From Octopus vulgaris (lineage: Eukaryota), in contig OX597822.1 of assembly GCA_951406725.2 (NCBI GenBank), positions 37,510,001 to 37,574,000 of the forward strand: DNA of 64,000 nt, given 5' to 3'. Numbering within the stretch: the stretch's first letter is position 1; each line of letters begins with the position of its first letter. The notes below the pieces were generated by a model. That model searched no databases, was not told the origin of the DNA, and was given only the letters and a program-made list of their open reading frames with translations. The translations under genes and the position numbers were made by a program. This document shows positions 1 to 14,431 of this stretch, in pieces.

Positions 1-237
1 GTGGTGATGGCAGCAGAAGGGTGGGGGGTGTCTCTTAACTAATCTGTGCTTCCTTTGATTATAATAATGATGATGATGAAAATAAATGTGAAATGAAAAT
101 AATAATAAAAACATGCAACAAAAGAAATCTACTACTACTATTGTTAAGATAATGAAATAACCTAAACGAGCAAGTGCGTTTGGGTAGTTGCTGGGGTGTC
201 ATGTTTCCTGTCTTGTAACCTCAAAGCCATGTCTGTT

Positions 238-272
<35 letters not shown>

Positions 273-1195
273 TTAAAGATAACGTATAAAAAGAATTGTG
301 GTGGTGTTGGTTGTGGTGATAAAAAGGAAGGTGGTGGTAGAGGCAGCAGTGGAAGAGGTGAGTGTGGTGAAATGTGGAAGATGGTGCACCTCCTCTTGTT
401 AATTAATTAATTAAGTTCAAATACTGAAAGGAAATATGAAATGTTTAATTTAAGATAAAATAAAATTTTTTTTACAGTCTTTGTTCCTTTCTTTCATCTT
501 CTGTTTTCTCTCTATTTCCCCTCTTTCACTATCAAATTTTTTCACTTCTTTAACCGTATTCTTACCTCAAGTCTTATTCTTTCTCATTACTTTGTACATA
601 CACACAAATTTTTTAAAAACTTATTGTTTTGCTATCGAAACCTGATCCTTTGGATTACTTTTGTTAATTCTCTTTCAAATTTTCCTTTAAATTTAGTTTT
701 AAGTATAATGTGCTGGTGTATCTTAGGGCAACATGGTTATGGTACAGTAGACTAGTAAGACAGCAGGGGGTCGCTGTTAGTAGGAGAGATTTTGGAAGGT
801 AAAGGAGGAGGATGAAATAATGTAACTGAATAAATTAAGAGGAGTTAAAAGAAGAACAAGATGAGAAAGGGTGAACAATTTTTAAGAAAATTCCTTTCTT
901 TTTTCCTTCAAAAATCTTAAAAGTTACTTTTAAGAAAAAAATTTTAAAATAAGTTTTAAAAAAATCCTTCCTGGAACAATTCACAAGATTCCAAAAACTC
1001 AAAAAAGAATCTCAAAGTTTTTCTCTTTTTTCAGAAGTTTGAGAGTTATGAAATTTTAAAGTTTTAAAACTTTCCTAACCTTTCCTACTAATGGCGTTAC
1101 CTTGCTGTCTTATCATATTTAGTTTTAAGCATCACTGGTGAAAAATCTTTTCTCATGAGTTCTTTCTGGCAATATTGGTTATAACAAGGAAAGTT

Positions 1196-1470
1196 CCAGC
1201 TGCCCTGATCAAAAGAACAGCCTGGTCATGAAATTAATGTGAAGGTGGCTGAGCCTTCCACAGACATGCATCCCCTTAATGTAGTTCTCACAGAATGTAA
1301 CAAGGTTGGCCCCTTGAAATACAGGTACAGCTCATTTTTGCCAGCTGAATGGATTAGAGCAATGTAAAATAAGGTGTCTTGCTCAAGGACACAATGTACT
1401 GCTGTGAATTGAACCCATGACTTTATGATTGTGAGATGAATACCATAACCACTCAGCTACATGCCTTCAC
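1196..1470 (-). mobile_element. Antisense SINE copy (related copy at about 62925-63210)
   Basis: Shared ...catttttgccagctga.tgga.t.gag.aa...aaataa.gtgtcttg.tcaaggacacaatg... followed by a reverse tRNA-like head. Confidence 0.7.
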
Positions 1471-1930
1471 TGGCTGTGTGGTAAGAAGCTTGCTTCCCAA
1501 CCGCATGGTACCAGGAGAATACTGTGGGATGAATACCATAACCACTACATCACACACCTTCACTTTCCCCAGGATAGGAATTGCCACACAGCCACACAGT
1601 AGCTTTTCTGTCTCACCTTCCTCACACTCATTGAGGACACAGATACACACACACACACACACACGGAGAGTATCTAGAGCAGTGCTTTTCACACTTTTGT
1701 TACTCCTCCTTGTTACTCCTATGATTCATTGTCCTTCCCCACATTTTAATATAGTTACTCATAATATCAGGTCGGTGTAATTTAGTTCCAGGTACTTGTT
1801 TGATGAAAGTGACTACATAATATAGCACCGCCCAACTTTTAATGAATATTTGATGTATTAGCACTTGACCTTAGTTATTGCTCCGATCTTCAGCATGTGG
1901 CTTTGGCCAAACCCAGATATGTATTCTTTG

Positions 1931-1994
<64 letters not shown>

Positions 1995-2312
1995 GCACGT
2001 AGCTGACAGTTGTAATTTATCTTTAAATTCCAATTTATTGTTGCATTTTCTATATGTTCTTATATACATATATTGATTACTCTACTCAAATACGTGTTTT
2101 ATGCTTATGTCTATACATGTGTGTAAATTGAGATTAACAGGTCACACTCACCTAGAATCAACAAAGCATATACATTTGCGCATACAAGTCGGGTTGTTAC
2201 CTAACATTGCAGGTGCATTGGCCACTTTATTGCATGTATGGAAATACCTACAGTTGTTTATGATTTATATACGTGGGTGGTATATATTTAATTTTGTTTT
2301 ACTTAAATATTC

Positions 2313-2556
2313 GTGAAGGCGTGTGGTCTAGTGGTTAGGCTATTGCACTCACGATCACTATACCATGAGGTTGATTCCCTGATTGGGCAGCACATTGTGT
2401 TCATGAGCAAAACACTTAATTTCACATTGCTTCAGTCCCCACTTTCAATTAGAGGGGAATGTTGGCCTGCTCGCCTAGCAAGCAGGGTGATGTCATTGGT
2501 GGTGCATTGTGACCAGTGATGTGTAACATCTGATAGTTTGGTCAGTCATGTGATCA
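2313..2556 (+). mobile_element. tRNA-derived SINE, family 4 (copies at about 42304-42545, 44268-44370, 21028-21300)
   Basis: Head gtgaaggcgtgtgg(t/c)ctagtggttag...ttgcactca and shared 3' part gtgaccag.gatgtgtaacatctgatag. Confidence 0.7.
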
Positions 2557-3575
2557 CATATTCACATTTTGAAGCCCATTGTTATTGTTGTCGTGATTGC
2601 AGTAAACAGTTTGTAATATTAAATCAAATTAAGGTGGCAAGGTGGCAAGATGGCGGACAAGGTGCATAGTGACATTTTGTCTGTCTTTATGTTCCGAGTT
2701 CAAATTCCACCAAGGTTGACTTTGTCTTTCAGCCTTTCGGGGTCAGTAAAAAAAGTACCAATTGAGCAATGGGGTTGATGTAATCAACTTTCTCTCTCCC
2801 CCAAAATTTTTGGCCTTGTGCCAAAATTTGAAAGCAATATTACGTGAATTTTTTAAAAAAGGAAACGTTTAAATAAGAAACGTAAACTAAAGATATAAAG
2901 TGTGCTGGTGTATACTTTGCCCTTCTGTTCCCAGTTACCATATAGAATTCTTATCCATTTCCTTAGGAGTAGCACCACCATCTTTGAGAAGCATTCATCT
3001 TGAAAGATGATTCTAGTGCAATGTGTCACATCATTGTGCCATTCTAGACACTGGAGCACCTGAAGAGATATACAGTGTGAGAATGCACACATACACACGC
3101 TCTCTCTCTCGACATTGGATTCTTCTAGAAAGATGTATCTAGTGTCATGAGTATACAGACATACACCTATTTTCTTTTATTATTATTTTTTTGCTGGTTT
3201 CAGTCATTGAACCGCAGTTGTGAACCCATTCGAATGTTTTTTAAAAAAAATGTTCAAGTCTAGCTATATTGACATTAGCATCTTGTCTGGTATTTATTTC
3301 ATCATTCTTGTAAGATATGAAATGGAAGATGGACATAGCATAAGTGGAAATAAGCCAGTTGAATATGAATATTCCAGGATTTTCCCATTTGAATGCGTTG
3401 CATATATATATATATAATGGCTTCCACATACATTATAACTATGAAATTCCACTGTCAAGACTTTGGTTGACTGAAGGCTATGTTGGTATACACTTAATTC
3501 ATGATGTTGTGCTGTGGAATTGAACCCAGATCCACGTGGCTAGGAAGCAAACTTCTTAACCACTCAGCCATGACT

Positions 3576-3878
3576 GTGTATTGTTTCAGTGACTGGAGTG
3601 GCGTGTGTGTGTATGTTTTACGGTGGTGTATGGGTTACAGTAGTGTGGATGGTACATGTATATGTTATAGTGGTGTATATTACAACTGGAAGAGTATGTG
3701 TGTTATAGTGACTGAGATGGGTTGTGTATAAGCTGCAGTGATTGGGTGATAGTTTGTGTGTGTGTGCGTGTTACAGTGGCTAGGGTGTTGGTGGTAGTGT
3801 GTGTTACAAGGGAGTGATGGGATCAGTTATATTACAGGTACTGGGGATGTGGATAGCTGTGTTACAGTGGCTGGGGAT
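3576..3878. repeat. Degenerate GT-rich minisatellite
   Basis: About ten variants of gtgttacagtg(a/g)ctgggg at roughly 20-35-bp spacing. Confidence 0.6.
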
Positions 3879-5595
3879 GAAGATTGGAAAAAAAACGTCT
3901 GTTAATGAACTGAATGAAGGAGATATGATTATACCAAATTTTTTCCTTAATCAGCACATGTAGCCAGTGGAGGTGGTTAGGTGTTGGAGCTGAATTAAAA
4001 ACAGTAAAAGTTGACCGGACACAAAGATAGCAGACCACACCACCCCTGCCTACCCTCTTGCACCACTGGAATTGTGTAAACAATGATCCATTTACAGTGG
4101 GTAGAACAACATCAAAGCTGATAGTGTGTAAGAGTTCCATCTTGAATTGCTGTCAGGAATATTGCCAAAAATACCTGCTAAAAATGAATTTTAATCTTTG
4201 CCAAAAATAAAATAATAATAAAAGAAGAAAAAAAAACAACCACAGTAAAACTAAATAAACCCAAATAACAAAACTAAAAGAATTTCTTGTGAGTCCAGAT
4301 TAAAAAGTTCTTACTCATAACTGAACTAAAACTCAACTCCACTCCTACAACATGTCTGTTGTGTGTATGTATCTGTGTATTTACATATTCCTCCTCCAGT
4401 TTTCTTCTATGCACTTTCAATTTCTGTTTACCACTGTCATAAGACATCATCATCATTGTTTTAACATCTAATTTTCCATGCTCTCATGAGTTGGACAGAA
4501 TTTATTGGGGGCAGATTTACAATGGCAACCCTTATTGGTTTCCAAGCAAAGAAATATTTTCTCATAGCCAGACATGTTCTTGCAGAATATTGGAAATGAA
4601 TGACCTTGCTTCTATAATAGTGACACTCATAAATATCACATGATATATCAAGACAAGGGAAAACACACACATGTAAACACAATGGGCTTCTTTCAGTTTC
4701 CAACTACCAAATCCACTCAGAAGACTGAAAAACTCCATCAAATGTAATGATTATGTTGAATGTTGTTGTTACTGGTGGTGATGATGATGTTGATGGTGGT
4801 TGTAGTGATGTTGTTTGGTCCCATCTCAACACTAACTGAACAGATAGATCTTTATATATCAAAACCGTTCCAGCTGTGACCACTCCTGCTTATTCAGTAT
4901 TTCTATGATTACTTTATCTCATGAGATCTTTCAGTATTAAGACCAATAGTTATGATTTGTGGGAGATTTTGTAACTGCTATTTCTAGCTGGTCAAGCATC
5001 AATATTGAGATCATATCAGGTCAACTCTGATCCTAACAGACTTATGATCAGAGATTCCAAACAATCCATCTTTGGATTAGACCAAGTATACCTAGGATTA
5101 CACTATCCAACGTGTCTTTCCTTTTTTTTAAGAAAGAAAGCTGTGATTTGAGAGAGAATTGATTCTGATTCAAGTAGAGCAAGCACTGTAATAGTTGTTG
5201 TTGTTATTAACGCTGTGTGTGTTTGTATTCATAGCAATATTTCTTTCTCTCGCCCCTCCACTTCATTTAGTAAAAATGATTGGGATTTACTAATTAAATA
5301 TATAATTCCTGGTGTTATGGAAATGTATTAGCAATGCATACATGTAAAGAAAAATGTTGTTGTACTGGATATGACAGTTTTGTCATCATTGTCACCATCA
5401 TCATAATCATCATCAAGGTTGTCATGAATATAACAGTCCATTGGTCTGCTAGCTGATTTTACAGCCCCACCTCGAATGACTACACTATTGTTAATCTGAG
5501 CTTACTATTCACACACATACACACACACACATTCACACATCAGTTTGTTCATACATACTATACATAACATGTAAACACACAATATATAAATTATA

Positions 5596-5647
<52 letters not shown>

Positions 5648-5652
<5 letters not shown>

Positions 5653-7142
5653 TATTATAAAAGGCAGATTTTATCTGCCTCCCTTTGGGAGTTATACAAA
5701 TCTACAATATAGGATTTCTTCAATTACAATTTACCTAGCAGTTTTGAGAGTACAATGCATCGCGTCATGCCAGGTCCAGTTTTTAAAATTTAAACTCCAA
5801 TTAAGCAAAATTTACAGAAAACTCACATTCTGGTGTGTGTGTCAAATGCTTTTCTTAGTCTGGTTTACAGCACACGCAAACGCACACACACAGTGGGCAA
5901 GGAATAAAATGAAAGTAATTCACTTACTGTAGTGAGTGATTCTTTCACTCTGCCTCCCACTTCCTTGTATACACACATAGAAAAAACTTTTATTTTTTTA
6001 CATAAGTAATGAGAGCGAAAGAGACTAAGAGAAAGCGATTGTATGACGAGGGAAGTTCCTTTGAAGTTACCGTGCATGGGACTCATTGATGTACATGTGT
6101 GTGTGTGTGTGTTTGATGGAGTGTGGGAGACAGACAGTATGTTGTGTAAGTGAAGTGCTTCTGTTAGTGTGTGTGAAGAGACAGAGAGTAATGTGTGAAA
6201 GAGAGAGATAACTGAAATTTTTTACTCGGTTTATGTGTATATGTATGTATGCATGTATGTTTGTGTGTGTGTATGTATGTGTGTGGTGTATGTATGTATT
6301 TATATATAAAAGAAAGGTTGTGTGTCAGTCTACTCCGATTTAGATTCCTAACTACTCCCACATTTTGCGATGCAGTTTAACCAAAACCGGGTATCTTATA
6401 GTCGTGATTCATATCGAGCCCTTCTGGGTATTAGCGCGCGTCTACGATGAGTCTATGATTTTACAAATAATTTACCATCATTTTTTTCCATTTTAATGCA
6501 TATTTTTTAAAATAAACGGAAGTAACTCTCAAACTTCACACCAATATGCGTGCTCATATGCGACGTAATATCACATCACCAGCATTTCCTCACACCCTCC
6601 TTGCACTTGGCGAAGGCAAAATACCAGGGGATGAAAATGGTAATATTGCCATCGATTCCATTTGTACCATTGTTAAGACGCCTTCTGATCTCAGAGATGC
6701 AGTGTTCCCAGATTTACAAGCTAATTATCAGAATATGGATTGGATTGGCAAAAAGGCTATACTGGCCCCGAGGAATAAAACTGTTCACCATATTAATGAT
6801 GAAATGCTAAAACTCATTCCTGGGGAAGTTGATGTATATCAGTCTATCGATACAACTCCTGACCCAGAGGACGTCATCAACTATCCAATAGAGGTACTCA
6901 ATTGCTTTGAGCACCCCGGACTACCACCACACTTTCTCAAACTTAAAGTTAGTGCCCCTATAATGCTCATCAGAAATTTGGTTCCCCCAAAACAATGCAA
7001 TGGCACACGTTTGGCGTTAAGTCCTTACTTCCCACCGTAAGCTTATTTCAATATTTGCCTGAATAATCATCATAATTCAGTGCAATCATTAACAGTACTT
7101 TCAAGCAATTCAGCCCCGAGCAACGCCGGGCAATTCTGCTAG
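5648..7142 (+). mobile_element. Non-autonomous Helitron (about 1.5 kb)
   Basis: 5' end A|TCTCTTATTATAAAA; 3' GC-rich hairpin ccccgagcaacgccggg followed by CTAG|T; inserted between A and T of an (AT)n tract with no TSD; internal PIF1 helicase fragment. Confidence 0.9.
6546..7040 (+). pseudogene. Helitron RepHel PIF1-like helicase fragment
   Basis: NMRAH, LLALGEGK, KAILAPRN..V..IN and GLPPH.LKLKV.APIMLIRNL.P..QCNGTRL are Helitron/PIF1 helicase motifs; truncated at both ends. Confidence 0.88.
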
Positions 7143-7188
7143 TATATATATATATATACATACACATTTTTAAAAACTTATTTATATG

Positions 7189-7543
7189 TTTGGTAAGTAG
7201 CTTTCTTACAAACCACATGGTCCCGGGTTCATCCCACTGCGTGGCACCTTGGGCAAGTGTCTTCTACTATAGCCTCGGGCTGACCAAAGCCTTGTGAGTG
7301 GATTTGGTAGATGGAAACTGAAAGAAGCCTGTCATATATATCTATGTGTGTGTCTGTGTTTGTCCCCCCCAACATTGCTTGACAACCGATGCTGGTGTGC
7401 TTACGTCCCCGTAACTTAGCGGTTCAGCAAAAGAGACCCATAGAATAAGTACTAGGCTTACAAAGAATAAGTCCTGGGGTTGATTTGCTTGACTAAAGGC
7501 GGTGCTCCAGCATGGCCACAGTCAAAATTACAAATGAATAAAA

Positions 7544-7545
<2 letters not shown>
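7189..7545 (+). mobile_element. tRNA-derived SINE, family 1
   Basis: Aligns with 20594-21012. Confidence 0.85.
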
Positions 7546-7588
<43 letters not shown>

Positions 7589-9439
7589 TATATAAATCAT
7601 ATTATACATACACACACACACACACTCACTTATATAAATCGTATACATCCCACAAATACATATGCATACATTGTATACATACGCATATTTGCTCAGACTG
7701 ATGCATTGCCCTAGAAGTTAAAATAAGTAGCCATTGTTTGTTTGAAGTATTAAGAATGGTAGTAGTGATAATGTTTAGTGATTGTAGTAGTGGTAGCTGT
7801 AATGGTGATGTTGATTATCTACCATCGTCATCACCATCATCAGTATTACTTTACCTGCTAGGTCTGGAGGAAAGGCAGTATTCATGGCCTTTGCACGTCC
7901 TTGGGGTTGGGCCTGAATGCAATGTAGATGATGAAGCTGTGTCAGGGAGTAATATCATACAAGGTTCATACACCTCAGTGAGTTTGAGTGATCCGTTACT
8001 AGGAAGCTGATGGCTTAGTATTTTGTCTGGATGCTCTTCCTGCCACCAACCTTTATTTGTTTTTCAAGAATAAAGAATTTTTGTTGCTGTTCAATTTGTC
8101 TTCACAAGTTACAGAGCAAGTCGACCTCGGCAGAATTTGAACTCAGAACGTAGTGGCAGACGAAATGCCATTAAGCATTTCACACAGTGTGTTAACAATT
8201 CTGCCAGCTCACTGTCATAATAATAATGATAATTTCTTATATGGGCAAAATGTTGTGTATATTTTGATGGGGAGGGATGTGTAAAGGAGGCATAACGAAA
8301 TAACATGAGGCATTTCATTGTCAGTTCTCACACTGATCCAGAGATAGACTAGAATGTAATATCAACTTTGGTGAGATTTGAACTCTGGAAGCTAAAGTTC
8401 AGAAGATTGTGGAAAGTCTTTAATACAGCAAAGACATTCCATTTTGTCAATTCCAAAAACTACTGACCTTTCCTTAATAAGTTTTTAATTATCCTCTCTT
8501 AATTAATATATAAATGTCTCTCTTTAAACTACCATCACCACTACAAACACAGTGGTAATGGTCGGGGGTTGTAATTGTTTGTCATGGTGATGGTCATATT
8601 GATGATGTTTAGTAGTGGTTTATGTGTTAGTAGTGATGATGTTGGTGATGGTGATGTTAGTAGTAATGGTACAGTCCAAAGACATTTGTGCCATGACCAT
8701 CCCATTTTAGGAAGTCTGGAACTACATTTTCTAATGTTTCTTTGTTTGAGGGAGATTTGATTGCTATTCCTAACAGATTGAGCGACTATGCAGAGGTTGG
8801 TTAGGGACTGATGTTGGTAGTAGCAGTGATGGTGTCTGTGATGAGGATATATTTGATTAGCCTCCAAGTTAACCCTGATCAAGCAGACCTGTGATCAAAG
8901 ATGTTCCAGCCATAACCATCCTGTCTATTTTTAGGCATAGTGGACCACATTATCTCACATGAGTAGCGGTAGAAGCAAAGATGTTAGTGGTGGTGGTGAT
9001 TGTAAAAGTCAAGATGTCATCGGTGGCATTAGTGTTGAGGAGGAGACATTATTAGTTCCTGTACGTTAATACTTAGAAAGTATATCTTTTACTGGATGGA
9101 AGTGTTAAAGTGACATGGCACCACAGTTCCACAACTTCATAAATCCTCACAGTCCAAAAGTACCAAAGCTGCACCCCACCCCCACTGTATGTTCAGTCTC
9201 CACTAATTATTTGGATGTTGATTTTAGTTGTGTGACTAGTTTGTTGGACAACGGGAACCACTCCAGGTATGGCTAACGCAAAACTACAATTCCTACAATT
9301 TCTTAATATTTTTTAGATTTTTCCAAGTGCTGTAGGGTGTGTGTGTGTGCACACACACATGTCTGTGTGTATGAGTGTATTTACTTGTGTGTATCTATGT
9401 ACAATCACATGCATACATGTGTGTGTGTGTGTGTGTATG

Positions 9440-9477
<38 letters not shown>

Positions 9478-10216
9478 TACATATACTTACATACATCTAC
9501 TTGCATATATGAATATATTTACATACATATTTAACTTTTATTGCATGTATTATATTCCTCAGAGATGAGGTTCTGCTTGGTTACTGCTCAGAGTTTCACC
9601 ATTGAATCATATTCCTCAAGATGAAGTTATTTTATTTATTTTTTTTGTTTCATTTTGTTTCTACATCCAAACACACACATCCTCAAGGCCATTGCAGTGT
9701 TAAGAAACTCCGTAGTATCTTATAATGAAATTTTTGACTTGAAATAATATATTTACTTGGCATTAAGCATGGAATGTAGGCAGGAAATCATAATGACACA
9801 CACACACACATGTGCTAACATGCTATCTTAAAGAAAGCATTTTTGCAATGACATGTGCTCTTTGTATACGGGGATTATTTAGTGTATGTTTTTGTAGGGG
9901 AGAAGAGGGATTGATGAAATACATCAGATTGAGAAGGTGAATGACAGAGAAGAGTTCTAAGTCATTGCTTTGGGGGATACATTGTTGGTTGGGAACATTT
10001 CTGGTTGTTTTTTTTTTTTTTGGTCTGAGGTTGACCATGATTAGTAATTCTTTTGTATATAGGTTGTGTGGTGAGAAGTTTGCTTCCCAACCTCATGGTT
10101 CCAGATTCAGTTCCTCTGCATGACACCTTTTGGCAAGTGTCTTCTACTATAGCCTCAGGCTGGCAAAATCTTTATAAATGGATTTGGAAGACAGAAGTTG
10201 AAAGAAGCCTGTCATA

Positions 10217-10279
<63 letters not shown>

Positions 10280-10669
10280 ACCCCCTTTGGTCATGAATGA
10301 CCATGGGATTGCACCAAGAAAGTTACCCTCCGAGGCACAAGTCTGGGCAAGGTTGTTTATGGAAGACCAGCAGTTGTCCATGCATACCAGCCTCCCCTCT
10401 GCACATCATTGATATTATCCAAGGGAAGGGCAAAGGCTGATACAGCTTGACACCAGTGATGTTGCAATCCATTTCTAAAGCTGAATGAACTGGAGCAATG
10501 TGAAATAAAGCGCCTTGCTCGAGAACACAATATGCAGCCTGGTTCAGTAATGATCGTATGTGTGTGTGTGTGTGTGTGTCTCTTTACTTTTGTGTTTGTC
10601 TCCCACCACTGCTTGACAACTGGTATTAGTTTATACTCTGTGTCTTTCTCGTTTGTGCGTGTGTGTGTA

Positions 10670-10840
10670 CAGTAATTCCTTGCCGTATTGCGGTTTATTA
10701 TTCAAGCTTATGTTGATTCCTCCTTGGTGTTGTTTGGCATTTATAATAAAAAAAATATACAATACTGTTTCTACTTCGTGGATTTTCACCTATTGTGCGT
10801 GTTTTGAAACGTAGCACTTGTGAGAGTCAAGGGATTACTG
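10670..10840. mobile_element. pogo/Tigger-like MITE (related copy at about 31159-31370)
   Basis: TA|CAGTAATTCCTTG...CAAGGGATTACTG|TA; interior shared with 31159-31370. Confidence 0.75.
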
Positions 10841-11608
10841 TATTTATGTTTTACCATGCCAGTATTGGTTAGACAAACATATTATGGAGACATTGTTTTA
10901 TAGCCAGCTGTTCTTATCGGTTTTTCAAGCAGGGGATCTCTTATTCAACATGTATTTCAAGGTGCAAACCAGCAGATGACTTGTTGATGGGAGAAATTTC
11001 AATGTCACTCTTTGTAGTTCAGCAATTTTTGGCAAAACATACAAAGCATACACACAGATAGACAGACATGTAGACACACATGTGTGTGTATGTGTGTGTG
11101 GGACAAGTTTCTTTCAGTTTTTACTGATGAATTGCTATGCTATGGGAGGTTGTGATCTTGGTTACCTATGTGCTGTGGGAACTGGACTTGAGACTATAAC
11201 GTCCAGGGGTTGATGATGATGAGGAGGAATATTCATATAGTTGATGTGTGGTCAGTGTTCCAGGTCAGCTGAACACTATACTGTTGCCATTGTGAAGTAA
11301 CCTTTTGGAGCCCACCAACACAATATGCATTAGTCCCACATTAGTCATGATTGAGCAGACATATGATTAAAAGCATTCTAGTCCTGATCATGCCATCTTC
11401 TGTCCAAGCCCACATTATCCAGTATGTCCTTATTGTAGTATATAGGGTGTGGTTTGGAGATTTGGCTACTATGTTTAGCATTTGAACTAACTCTTCCCTT
11501 GTTAGATCATGTTTCTCAGCACTAATAGAGATGTTCCATGATCAGACATTCTAACCATGACCATCCTATCTTAAGGTATTTAAAATTAAATCGTCCACTT
11601 TTCTTCAA

Positions 11609-11827
11609 CCCTTTAGTGTTCAGATTATTCTGTCGAATGTAATTCTTACTTATTCACATCATTTTGAATTAATCATGCATTGTATCATAACTTCAGGATT
11701 TTGATCATGTGATTGTTTACTTTTAGAATGACATTGTAGGGTAAGTATGAGAGGTTGGATCTGGCTGGTTTGAATATAAAGCAAGTAGAATATTTTGACT
11801 GGATATAGCAGTTTAAATGCTAAAGGG
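11609..11827. mobile_element. piggyBac-like MITE family A (second copy, inverted, at 34082-34298)
   Basis: CCCTTTAG...CTAAAGGG termini flanked by TCAA/TTAA; about 220 bp; the two copies align over their whole length. Confidence 0.8.
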
Positions 11828-12026
11828 TTAATGAAGTTGACTGTAAATGAGAGGATCTGGTTGCTATTTCTAGCAAGTCGACTGATCACACTTCTATCTG
11901 TCAACCAGTCCCTCTCTTTATATATTAGTATTTATCTTCTCACTTATACTTTATCTGATTTCAATGTCAGCAACTAGGATTCAAACAAGTTAATACATTG
12001 CAAGTCTCAGTTTACATTACATCAAA

Positions 12027-12060
<34 letters not shown>

Positions 12061-13530
12061 TCTTGTATGTATCTTTGAAATTATTTTATGCATTTATGTA
12101 TTGTATGCGAACCACATCAGTTCCACTGTGCCAAGAGCATGTTGTGATTCATATTTGTTGTCACTAAATCCCCACAAGACTGTACAACTAAATGTATTTT
12201 AATATGCTATGAGGATATATATGAAATATCAAATTGCATATTGTACTGTTGTACAGAAGTGAGTTTCTACGAATTATTGACAAATGGTTGTCAACACAAT
12301 CACCAGAAGAGAATTATTACTTCTTCAAATGGCAGTCAAAGAATACTGGCGATGTGAAATAATTAGCACTTCCGCCATCCCTCATTCCCTTTCTGATAAT
12401 CATCATCACCACCATCACCATTCTTTAATGTCAACTTTTCCATACTTGCATGGCTTAGCTGTAAATTTGTTGAGATAGATTTGCTGTGGCTGGATGCTCT
12501 TTCTGTCACCAACTCTCACCTGTTTCCAAGCAAGGTAATTCTTTTCCCATAGCTACATGTTTTTCATGGAAGACTGGAAATGAACAACCTCACTTGTGTA
12601 ATGATGATGTTTATTCACAACCATCACATGATATCTAGTCAAGAGCACACACACACACGATGAGCTTCTTTCAGTTTCCATCTACCAAATCTACTCACAA
12701 GGCTTTGGTTAGGCTGGTGCTATAGTACAAGATATTTGCCCTAGGTGCTGTGTGTTGAGACTGAACCCAAGACCACATGTTTGGAAAGCAAGCATTTTAA
12801 CCACTCAGCCATGCCTGTACCTACTTTGAATTAAAACATTTGCCATATCAGCTCTTGATACAAGTTAAATAGTAAGTTTGTGCCTGTAGTGCAACTTCAT
12901 AGCATTTCCCTGATGTTGGTTCATTTAATTTTCTTCTATTTTTGCAACCTTCTTCTTTTTGACTCTCTTTCTCTGAACATTTGATGCAGTTCAGTATTTT
13001 TTGCTGTAGTATTTATTTGCACTCTCCTGTTAGTTAAGAGTAAATGCAATACTTGCTTTTTATCTGCCAGGAATATGTGATATTGTCAATATCAATTTAT
13101 CAATCATCAACAGATTCTCTTTCTTGAAGTTGGTTGTGAGATAGAATTTCAGAGTTTTTATGCATTTACCATTCCAGATAAAAAAACAAACAAACTCCCT
13201 CAAGTACATCTAAAATTATATCCTTATTATTTAATTACATCTTAAAGTGGTGAGCTGACGGAATCATTATTACGTCAGACAAGTACTTAGTGGTATATTC
13301 TTCCAACACTTTACCTTCTCAGTTTAAATCCTACTGTGGTCAACTTTGCCTTTCATCCTTTCAGGGTTGATAAAATAAAGTGCCAGTTAAGTATTGGGGT
13401 TGATGTAACTTACTTGCCCCATTTACTAAAGACAAAGAAAGATTACTGGATTCGTGCCACAGAATTACTTAAATTTTATTGGTGATCTCTCAAAAGAGCA
13501 TTTAATTGTTCTGAAAGTAAAATGTATTAA

Positions 13531-13750
13531 CCCTTTCATTACTGTATTTATTTTGAGATGCTCTGTATTTCTTTCAATTACTTTAAATATAATAAAGAAT
13601 TTAGTAAAATAATTTAGTTATCATTCTGCTAGTGTTAGGAACCTAAATTGTGACTAAGGTTTGGTGGAAGATTTTAATTCAAAACTTATGAAAACAAGAC
13701 ATTTGTACTTAGAGCCAGAGCCAGTTTCAGCTGGGTTGGTAATGAAAGGG
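13531..13750. mobile_element. piggyBac-like MITE family B (truncated inverted copy at 30717-30873)
   Basis: TTAA|CCCTTTCATTAC...GTAATGAAAGGG|TTAT; interior unrelated to family A. Confidence 0.78.
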
Positions 13751-14381
13751 TTATGGAATATTTTAGGAACCAAATCATCAATAGTTTCTCTGTTGCTATC
13801 TTCAGTTGGACAGGTGAAATATTTATGCAGTGAAGGCACAAGGTTGTGGTTTCAATTCCTGGACTGGGAAGTGCATTGTGTTTTTCAGCAAGACACCTAC
13901 TTTTACATTGCTCCTGTCCACTCAGTTGTAGGTTAGTAGCTCTGCAATGAACAGGTATCCTTTTCAGAGTGGAATGTTGTGGTCTTGGTCACTTATGTGC
14001 CGTGGGAACTAGACTTGAGACTGTAATGTCCAGAGGTTGTTGATGATGATGATGATGAGCAAGTATATTCATATAGTTATGTGGTCAATGTTCCAGGTCA
14101 GCTGAACACTATATATACTGTTGTACATATAGTGTTGAGCACAGTGTAAGGTTGTTACAGCTGCGTTATGGCTGTCTCTCCTCCTCATCTCATTGCTATC
14201 ATCTCTCCACATAAACTTCATACCACCTCTCCGACACCCACTTTTTGCACACGTCATGAAGATGTTGCTGATGGTGGTGGTGGTGACAATGTTGTTGCCA
14301 CTGCTGCTGTTGTTATTGCTGGTTTGTGCATGTGCGAGTGTTTGTATACTTACACATATGTTCAAACATGAATGAATGTAT

Positions 14382-14431
<50 letters not shown>

